From positions 32,001 to 96,000 of IMG/VR virus record IMGVR_UViG_3300037808_000364: a stretch of DNA of 64,000 bases. The stretch is one strand, 5' to 3'. The DNA is from a virus. Every line of letters begins with the position of its first letter. The first letter of the stretch is position 1. Made by a program: the position numbers and the translations under genes. The notes under the pieces are model-generated. The model was not told the origin of the DNA, did not search any database, and was given only the letters and a program-made list of their open reading frames with translations. Shown piece after piece: positions 58,197 through 64,000 of the stretch.

Positions 58197-58509
58197 TGTG
58201 GCAATGGCTGTAAAGTGTCACAAATTTGCATGAAATTGGTAAAAAAACGTAATTGGGTACAGTTTAGCGTTCTGACCCACATGCAAATCAGAGGATTATC
58301 GGTGGGTGAACAAGCACCCCAAGGTGAGGCAACTACAAAATTCTGGGCAACGTGTGACCAACCGACCCAGACCTGTAAAGCAGCTTAGGCTGAAGCCCAA
58401 AGAGATTTAGTAACAGTAACACCAACTAGCACTAAAGTCCTCACTGTCCTCTAACACAGCTCCAAGTACCTTTACAGGTACAAATGGTCTTGGTACGCCC
58501 TGACGGGCG
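58197..58509 (+). ncRNA. Candidate structured non-coding RNA / long leader
   Basis: Many complementary segments, including 58224-32/58280-88 (9 bp) and 58371-80/58470-79 (10 bp). Confidence 0.5.
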
Positions 58510-58529
58510 ATAATTAACAGGAAGAAAAG

Positions 58530-59309
58530 ATGGAAACAAAAACTTGTAAGGATTGTAACCAAATGAAACCCCTAGATGAATTTGGTATTGTGTCAAAAAA
58601 ACGTAGGGATAAATATGGCAATCCTTATCGCCGTGGTATATGTAGAGAGTGTCATTCCGCAGGGACGAGATCTTACTACAAAGAAAATTCAGAACAGTGT
58701 AAGGTAGCAATGAAACGTTGGTACAAAGAAAACAGAGAGAGATCATTAGAGCGTAGAAAGCAATGGTATAAAGAGAATAGAGAAGAAAGTCTAGAATACC
58801 AAAAGAGGTGGCGAAAAGAAAATCCAGAAAAGGCACGGGCACAATGTAAACGCTGGAGAGAAGAAAACAAGGAAAAGATGTACGAAATTAGCAGAAGGTA
58901 CTACTTGAATAACAAGCAGAAAGTTCATGCCTACACAACCAAATATGCCCGTGAACACGTACAGGTACGAATAGCGAAAAGCCTACGAAGCCGTCTTTCG
59001 CATGCTGTAAAAAATGCTGAGACTAAGAAGGTCGGATCAACGATGGGACTGGCTGGTTGTACTCTAAGTAAATTGAAACAACATCTTGAGGGCCAGTTTC
59101 AGGAGGGCATGACTTGGGACAACTACGGCTTTTACGGCTGGCATATAGATCACATAAAGCCATGTGCAGCGTTCGACATGACGAACGAGGAAGAACAGAG
59201 GGCCTGTTTTCATTATACCAACTTGCAGCCGCTGTGGGCCGCAGAGAATTTGTCCAAAAATGACACTTGGGAGGAAGTAGAAAGTGGATTTGATGAATTT
59301 CGAATTTGA
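58530..59309 (+). CDS. HNH/endonuclease VII-like homing nuclease (259 aa)
   Basis: N-terminal CxxC pairs, WYKENRE repeats, C-terminal HLE.QF..GMTWDNYG..WHIDHIKP...YTNLQPLWA.EN..K. Confidence 0.88.
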   Translation: METKTCKDCNQMKPLDEFGIVSKKRRDKYGNPYRRGICRECHSAGTRSYYKENSEQCKVAMKRWYKENRERSLERRKQWYKENREESLEYQKRWRKENPEKARAQCKRWREENKEKMYEISRRYYLNNKQKVHAYTTKYAREHVQVRIAKSLRSRLSHAVKNAETKKVGSTMGLAGCTLSKLKQHLEGQFQEGMTWDNYGFYGWHIDHIKPCAAFDMTNEEEQRACFHYTNLQPLWAAENLSKNDTWEEVESGFDEFRI

Positions 59310-59670
59310 AGAGAGACTGGAACAAGCCGTAGACGCTAACACGCTGTTCTACGATGAGGAGAGCGATAATATATCCAAGAAGCTGATATATCTCATGTGG
59401 GGACATTCTAGGGACCGTCTGGAGACTATCCTTATACCGACGGATCTTTATCCGGAGTTTGATATTTGGGGAGAGACTAGATATGGTAAGACTACAGGGG
59501 CATATTTGGGCATTGAGTATATAAGAGATCGCAGGCTTGATCTTGAAAATGTTCAGGGTCTTATTAAGGAGTATGGAATGTCTATGCCAGTTAAGCACTC
59601 CGGGATGCTGCCTAAAAAACAGTTGGTTATGGGGATTTATAGGGACAAGACGATTCTGGGGGCTGTGTAA
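59284..59670 (+). CDS. Small paralog of the MCP A-domain (125-128 aa)
   Basis: Colinear motif matches to the C-terminal half of the MCP (see findings); overlaps both flanking genes; ATG 59293 is an alternative start. Confidence 0.65.
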   Translation: MDLMNFEFEERLEQAVDANTLFYDEESDNISKKLIYLMWGHSRDRLETILIPTDLYPEFDIWGETRYGKTTGAYLGIEYIRDRRLDLENVQGLIKEYGMSMPVKHSGMLPKKQLVMGIYRDKTILGAV

Positions 59671-60509
59671 TGGATACGAGGAAATGTAAAGAATGCGAAG
59701 AAACCCTACCTATTGAGAATTTCGGTAAGGATTACAGGGGGTGTACGAGGACTCGTTGTATGCCGTGTTATAAGGTAGTAAAAAAGAAGCAAAAGAAAGA
59801 GTGGTATGAAAAAAATAAGGAGGCCGTTGCTAAGGAAAATGAGAGGTATCGTAGAAGCGTGGGTATAAAACCTAGGGTTAAAAGGGGTCCGAATGGTTAC
59901 GAAACCTCAGTGTGTCGTGTGTGTGATATAGTCATTCCTCAGGACGAACTCTCCCCTAGTCAAAAGGGGCTAAAAACGTCAATTTGTAAACCCTGCTCAA
60001 GAGAGAGGGGCAAGAATAGGTATAAGGAAAACCCTAAGGTGAGAGAATACCACCGTCAGAGGTATCTCAATAACCGAGAGGAAGCCATTAGGTATTCCGC
60101 CCAGTGGAAGAAAGACAATCCTGAGAAACGTAGGGAGCATAAGAGAAAGTACCGTCAAAAAATAAATGAGAGAATCAGAAGACAACAGAGTAAGAGGGTT
60201 TCAGAAGCCCTTAAATCCATAGGGTGTAGAAAAAAATACTCTGTTTTGAAGTATTTAGGTTGTACTGCTGTCGAATTGATTAAACATCTTGAGGGTCAGT
60301 TTCAAGATGGTATGAATTGGGACAATTACGGGGTAAATGAAGAGAACTGGAAACTAGCGTGGCAGATAGATCATATCAAACCACTTAATAGCTTCGATCT
60401 GAGTCAGGAATCCGAGCAGATGGCTTGTTTTAACTATACCAATTTACAACCTTTGTGGGCCGAGGAAAATCTGAGAAAATCGGATAGCTACGACGAGGAG
60501 AATGACTAG
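59670..60509 (+). CDS. HNH/endonuclease VII-like homing nuclease, paralog (279 aa)
   Basis: Two Zn-finger-like units; same C-terminal WQIDHIKP...YTNLQPLWAEEN. Confidence 0.88.
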   Translation: MDTRKCKECEETLPIENFGKDYRGCTRTRCMPCYKVVKKKQKKEWYEKNKEAVAKENERYRRSVGIKPRVKRGPNGYETSVCRVCDIVIPQDELSPSQKGLKTSICKPCSRERGKNRYKENPKVREYHRQRYLNNREEAIRYSAQWKKDNPEKRREHKRKYRQKINERIRRQQSKRVSEALKSIGCRKKYSVLKYLGCTAVELIKHLEGQFQDGMNWDNYGVNEENWKLAWQIDHIKPLNSFDLSQESEQMACFNYTNLQPLWAEENLRKSDSYDEEND

Positions 60510-60664
60510 GGTTTATACTTATGGATTGGGTAATACATCCAGAAAAGTGCGGGGCGTTGCGACTGAACGACCCCTGCCTTTTTGGCAGTCCGACCACCTT
60601 TTTCAATCGGTACTATAACTGGCACCCCTTTCTCAAAAACTTGTAAAAAAGAGTTAAAGTACTG

Positions 60665-60693
60665 TTGACATTCTAGACGATAAGTATTATAAT
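60665..60693 (+). promoter_or_regulatory. Consensus sigma70 early promoter TTGACA-N17-TATAAT
   Basis: Perfect consensus; ATG 60700 lies 6 nt after the -10 box. Confidence 0.9.
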
Positions 60694-60699
60694 ACCCGT

Positions 60700-60891
60700 A
60701 TGACAAACAACAACACAGCACAGGAAAGCACGATGAACGAAGTAGCCGCAGCAGTCCAGAACATCATTGACACCAAATTCATCTCCTCTGGATTCGTTAT
60801 TCAGTTGACCATCGTCAACGAGTTGTCAGCAGCAGGGTTTGCAGTATCTCAGGAAAACATCGACAAAATTCAGGAAATGATTAACATCTAG
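60700..60891 (+). CDS. Early hypothetical protein (63 aa), paralog of 63419..63613
   Basis: Shared MTNNNT...MNE...FVI.LTI.N.L...G..V.Q.NIDKI. Confidence 0.75.
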   Translation: MTNNNTAQESTMNEVAAAVQNIIDTKFISSGFVIQLTIVNELSAAGFAVSQENIDKIQEMINI

Positions 60892-60893
60892 CC

Positions 60894-60921
60894 TTGTATC
60901 CTGTCGATAACTTGTTATAAT
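60894..60921 (+). promoter_or_regulatory. Early promoter TTGTAT-N16-TATAAT with extended -10
   Basis: TGnTATAAT; CGATAA in spacer as in sibling promoters. Confidence 0.75.
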
Positions 60922-60957
60922 ACACTCTCACAACAAACAACACACGAAAGCAAAACA

Positions 60958-61152
60958 ATGTTTACTACTCTCACCGAAATGTTCGACGCAGCTTACGACG
61001 GATCAATTGCAGGACGCACCGTATCCGCTGAACTCGCAGCAATGTTTGAGTGTTATGGAGGATGCTGGGTTGTTGAAGATTGGGACGGATTGGAAATCGA
61101 AATCAACATATCAACCCGAACCATCTTGGGAACCACCAAGTGGGGATGTTGA
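60958..61152 (+). CDS. Early hypothetical protein (64 aa)
   Basis: Own promoter and A/C-rich leader. Confidence 0.7.
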   Translation: MFTTLTEMFDAAYDGSIAGRTVSAELAAMFECYGGCWVVEDWDGLEIEINISTRTILGTTKWGC

Positions 61153-61165
61153 ATAGATACACTAT

Positions 61166-61311
61166 GGGGATGTGGCAACTAGTAGTCATGTTGCACCGGA
61201 AGGAATTCCGGCTTTATCTTTGGGCCTAACTTTCTAGAAGTGAAAGCCCTATCTGAGATTGATCATCTTAGACAATGATGAATGTGGGTGCGACTCCCAC
61301 CATCCCCAGCA
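61166..61311 (+). ncRNA. tRNA-like RNA lacking a canonical anticodon loop
   Basis: Acceptor stem GGGGATG/CATCCCC, D-like arm, T-arm GTGGG-TGCGACT-CCCAC, three internal hairpins. Confidence 0.65.
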
Positions 61312-61426
61312 TACAACGTAGGGCAACGTGCCTGAATAACGAGGCGTCTACTCAAATCCTCAACGCCTACAAGCCCGCAAGGGTGGAGATTGTAGTGGGG
61401 TATTAACTAACCAACTAAGGGATACC

Positions 61427-61777
61427 ATGACAAAGATCAAATCGTTTATTGATAACTTTCTGTTTCGCAAACTTAATCGGTTGAAGGGTGATGGTAAGAT
61501 GATAGCAACACAAATACCAATCAAGAGTAATCAGGATTACAGGGGAGATGCTCGCTTGTATAGGCTGAGTGAGCCAATGATGAACTACAACGGTGAGGCT
61601 TGTGGGTATGTACTAGTGAGTGCGTGCGATGTACCCTACAGTGGACCTGAGACATACATCTTCAGGGCCAATGCCAATGGTGACATTACTGATTGGTCTG
61701 AGCTTGAGGGTTCATTCAGAGGTGGGCTTGATCACGCTCAGGCTCTAGCTGATGCAGGCTATGACGTGCTGTCCTAG
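61427..61777 (+). CDS. Hypothetical phage protein (116 aa; may start at a later Met)
   Basis: ARLYRLS.P...YV.VSA...GPETYIF...G...DH..AL...GY pattern. Confidence 0.75.
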   Translation: MTKIKSFIDNFLFRKLNRLKGDGKMIATQIPIKSNQDYRGDARLYRLSEPMMNYNGEACGYVLVSACDVPYSGPETYIFRANANGDITDWSELEGSFRGGLDHAQALADAGYDVLS

Positions 61778-61825
61778 CCCATGCAATCGCCTACGCCCGC
61801 ACAGGGGCAAGTACGCCAGATGATG

Positions 61826-61903
61826 TAAGCCCTTGCACAGTAAGGGTTTACGTCTAGCGGCGGGGGCCGCGAGCGGCCTAACCCCTTTGGTAGTAACGAC
61901 TTA
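61826..61903. repeat. Paired 25-bp imperfect palindromes with 28-bp GC-rich spacer (copy 1)
   Basis: TAAGCCCTT-N7-AAGGGTTTA (61826-50); TAACCCCTT-N7-AACGACTTA (61879-903). Confidence 0.85.
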
Positions 61904-61955
61904 GGGCAATATCCGATTATCTTTTAAAACTTTCTAGATAGTGTGGCCTTTGGGG

Positions 61956-61984
61956 TTGTAATTTGTCGATAATATGTATATAAT
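61956..61984 (+). promoter_or_regulatory. Early promoter TTGTAA-N17-TATAAT, ATG 6 nt downstream
   Basis: Near-identical to 63384-63412, including upstream GTGGCCTTTGGGG. Confidence 0.85.
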
Positions 61985-61990
61985 ACTTAC

Positions 61991-62212
61991 ATGACAAACA
62001 CAAACACAAACAACGAAAGAAACGACATGAGCAACATGCGATTGGCCGCAAGAACAATTATCCGTGAGTTTGCTGAGATGGAGTTGAACATGTACTATGT
62101 CGAAGAAGATATTCTGAACTATGCCGAAGGCGAGTTTGAAACGGCACTGTGGATGGCATTGGAAGAATACATTGCAGTAAATGGAGAATGGGATGGATAT
62201 TCTGCAGAATAA
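61991..62212 (+). CDS. Early acidic hypothetical protein (73 aa)
   Basis: Follows promoter; strongly acidic. Confidence 0.7.
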   Translation: MTNTNTNNERNDMSNMRLAARTIIREFAEMELNMYYVEEDILNYAEGEFETALWMALEEYIAVNGEWDGYSAE

Positions 62213-62261
62213 CTGTTGACAACTGTGGTCAAATGACAACCAACAACACAAAGGGAAAACA

Positions 62262-62414
62262 ATGAGAATGGTTCTGGTTCTGGGTTTGGGTGGAATTGGC
62301 GGAGCTACTCGCCGCATCGTAAAACGTCTTACGGTCGTTGAGTTCCAAAACTACAAACTGCAGAACAATGAGGAATTTGACTTTTCTCAGTTTAAAACCC
62401 TGAACAGGGGTTGA
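62262..62414 (+). CDS. Small hypothetical protein (50 aa, MRMVLVLGLGG...), below track cutoff
   Basis: A/C-rich leader and AAGGGA RBS like neighbours. Confidence 0.55.
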   Translation: MRMVLVLGLGGIGGATRRIVKRLTVVEFQNYKLQNNEEFDFSQFKTLNRG

Positions 62415-62439
62415 CTTTTGGGCAGATTTCTGCTATAAT
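62411..62439 (+). promoter_or_regulatory. Early promoter TTGACT-N17-TATAAT, extended -10
   Basis: Consensus match. Confidence 0.85.
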
Positions 62440-62475
62440 ACACACTCACAAGTTAAGTTTTTGAAAGTAAGTAAG

Positions 62476-62691
62476 ATGAAGAAAAAAGCAAGTCAACTAG
62501 TTCCCGGCGACGTAGTCGCAGGTTTCCACGGCAACCGCCGCGTTCTCAATGTTCCTTTCGCTGCTCGGCAGCATGGACAGAAGAAGGCTTCTATCCTTCT
62601 TCAAAATGTAGAGACTGGCGTTAAGTCTCATGTTCTTTGGGGTTTCCACACAACCATCTCAATGGTTTCAATTGTAGGAGTTGAAGTATGA
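62476..62691 (+). CDS. Early basic hypothetical protein (71 aa), duplicate of 63668..63883
   Basis: 67/71 aa identical to the second copy; start set at ATG 62476 by comparison. Confidence 0.85.
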   Translation: MKKKASQLVPGDVVAGFHGNRRVLNVPFAARQHGQKKASILLQNVETGVKSHVLWGFHTTISMVSIVGVEV

Positions 62692-62945
62692 CTGAATCGT
62701 GGCGAGACACAAGCGTGGAAGACGCAAACGAAAAAGCCGATAAGGCACTAGGGGTGGAATTTACCAACGACTTACGGATTCTACTGGAAAAGTACGGTGC
62801 GGCGATCCACATTGCCGAAAATCCACGGACTCAAAAAGAAGAAGTGAATTTTTACAGTCCTTCCAGATATGTGGATGGCGAACGAACAAAAGCCAATTTG
62901 GATGTGACTTTCCCAGATAATACCGCACCCTACGACTTGACGTAG
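62688..62945 (+). CDS. Hypothetical protein (85 aa)
   Basis: ATGA-coupled; AGGAG RBS. Confidence 0.7.
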   Translation: MTESWRDTSVEDANEKADKALGVEFTNDLRILLEKYGAAIHIAENPRTQKEEVNFYSPSRYVDGERTKANLDVTFPDNTAPYDLT

Positions 62946-62965
62946 ATTTCACATTCTGGTACAAT
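62937..62965 (+). promoter_or_regulatory. Early promoter TTGACG-N17-TACAAT, extended -10
   Basis: Consensus match. Confidence 0.8.
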
Positions 62966-63001
62966 ACACACTTACAAGTTTTTGAGTTTTGGAGAGAGAA
63001 A

Positions 63002-63247
63002 ATGAGAGTTTCAGATTTGGTTGTTGCGGTTGGAATGATGAATCCACACAGGGTCGAAACGCGATCAGACGCCATTCAGGTCATCAGCAACGATTTTCAG
63101 GTAAACAGCTTTATTGAACAGTTTGGGGATGTTGTTATCGAATTCGATGAAAACGCTAATGTGTGGCGTGTTCCTGAGTTCGCTGGGGTCATCGCAAGGC
63201 ACAACGAAGCAAAGACGCGAGATTGTCAAAGATGGGGAAGTGAATAA
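63002..63247 (+). CDS. Early hypothetical protein (81 aa)
   Basis: GGAG RBS; own promoter. Confidence 0.75.
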   Translation: MRVSDLVVAVGMMNPHRVETRSDAIQVISNDFQVNSFIEQFGDVVIEFDENANVWRVPEFAGVIARHNEAKTRDCQRWGSE

Positions 63248-63253
63248 TCGACA

Positions 63254-63331
63254 TAAACCCTTGTCCTCAAACGACTTAGGTCGCTGAGGCCCGGCCCCCG
63301 GCAACTTAAACCCTTGCCACCAAAGGACTTA
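63254..63331. repeat. Paired 25-bp imperfect palindromes with 28-bp GC-rich spacer (copy 2)
   Basis: TAAACCCTT-N7-AACGACTTA (63254-78); TAAACCCTT-N7-AAGGACTTA (63307-31). Confidence 0.85.
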
Positions 63332-63383
63332 CAGCGACTTTTAGCAACTTTGGAATTCTTTCCAGATATAGTGGCCTTTGGGG

Positions 63384-63412
63384 TTGTAAATTGACGATAA
63401 TATGTATATAAT
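63384..63412 (+). promoter_or_regulatory. Early promoter TTGTAA-N17-TATAAT, ATG 6 nt downstream
   Basis: Repeat of 61956-61984. Confidence 0.85.
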
Positions 63413-63418
63413 ACTGAT

Positions 63419-63613
63419 ATGACAAACAACAACACACAAGGCAAAACAATGAACGAAATCGCAGTAATAGTAGCAGAACGAGTAGACGGCATTGATTCAG
63501 AATTCGTGATTGAACTCACCATTATCAATCAACTGAAATTCGACGGCGTTTCAGTAACTCAGAAAAACATCGACAAAATTAGAGGAATTATGTTCGATAT
63601 GGCTTCCAATTAG
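63419..63613 (+). CDS. Early hypothetical protein (64 aa), paralog of 60700..60891
   Basis: Sequence similarity to the first copy. Confidence 0.75.
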   Translation: MTNNNTQGKTMNEIAVIVAERVDGIDSEFVIELTIINQLKFDGVSVTQKNIDKIRGIMFDMASN

Positions 63614-63632
63614 TAGACGTTTCTGCTACAAT
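63604..63632 (+). promoter_or_regulatory. Early promoter TTCCAA-N17-TACAAT, extended -10
   Basis: TTTCTGCTACAATACAC resembles 62427-62443. Confidence 0.65.
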
Positions 63633-63667
63633 ACACTCTCACAGTAAACAACTCGAAAGTAAGTAAA

Positions 63668-63883
63668 ATGAAGAAAAAAGCAAATCAACTAGTTCCCGGA
63701 GACGTGGTCGCAGGTTTCCACGGCAATCGTCGTGTTCTCAATGTTCCTTTTGCCGCTCGGCAACATGGACAGAAGAAGGCTTCAATTCTTCTCCAAAATG
63801 TCGAGACTGGCGTCAAGTCTCACGTTCTCTGGGGTTTTCACACTTCAATCTCAATGGTTTCAATTGTAGGGGTTTCTGAATAA
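63668..63883 (+). CDS. Early basic hypothetical protein (71 aa), duplicate of 62476..62691
   Basis: Near-identical protein. Confidence 0.85.
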   Translation: MKKKANQLVPGDVVAGFHGNRRVLNVPFAARQHGQKKASILLQNVETGVKSHVLWGFHTSISMVSIVGVSE

Positions 63884-64000
63884 TGGTAGCACTTTTTAAC
63901 ACGTTTTACGATAAGTGGGACGGTTTGCACATGGCTTGCGATTCGCTCATGGTGGATATGGAAAATCCAGACGCTGTGTTTTGTTCAATGGACAGCTTCG

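Noticed and set aside
58197-58509. Group I intron or RNase P RNA; ORF 58068..58388
   Set aside because: Could not place the P7 R/S or RNase P conserved motifs in the right order, and no interrupted gene flanks it; the ORF lacks an RBS and crosses divergent promoters.
60548-60620. GC-rich hairpins at the HNH/early-region border as a genome terminus or pac site
   Set aside because: Plausible from position but cannot be supported without read-end data.
61166-61311. Canonical tRNA, tRNA-Sec or tmRNA
   Set aside because: No 7-nt anticodon loop, no encoded CCA, no G3-U70 pair and no room for a tag ORF; kept as a tRNA-like ncRNA.
61826-63331. CRISPR mini-array (25-bp repeats, 28-bp spacers)
   Set aside because: Only two degenerate repeats per locus with variable cores; the spacers resemble each other; no cas genes.
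1-64000. Host assignment
   Set aside because: Sigma70-type promoters and Shine-Dalgarno sites indicate a bacterial host, but nothing here identifies the lineage without database searches.

Overview
A 64 kb segment of a large tailed dsDNA phage (Caudoviricetes; probably siphovirus-like, since there is a tail tube and a 2060-aa tape measure but no recognisable sheath). It uses the standard genetic code. Positions ~58.1 kb to 1 form a minus-strand late region in this order: sigma-like factor, possible TerS, GDP-mannose 4,6-dehydratase, HNH, ERCC4 nuclease, ClpP-like protease, terminase large subunit, portal, protease/scaffold, decoration protein, major capsid protein (MCP), ~27 kb of fibre/lectin genes, neck proteins, tail tube, chaperones, tape measure, and a >1998-aa tail protein that runs off the left edge and is missing from the ORF track. 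From ~58.2 kb the + strand carries a long structured non-coding stretch, two paralogous HNH nucleases flanking a small gene, and an array of short genes behind near-consensus sigma70 promoters. The most unusual observations are: (1) a 128-aa gene resembling an isolated A-domain of the phage's own MCP; (2) a 2540-aa protein with 12 LamG domains, DNA-conserved boundaries and divergent cores; (3) a PD-(D/E)xK-like domain bracketed by repeated motifs inside the tape measure; (4) a ~145-nt tRNA-shaped RNA with no anticodon loop; (5) a ~310-nt potentially pseudoknotted RNA upstream of the HNH genes; (6) paired 25-bp palindromes (9-7-9) with an exact 28-bp spacer in the early cassette array. All calls come from reading motifs by eye; no searches were run and the host cannot be assigned from this window.
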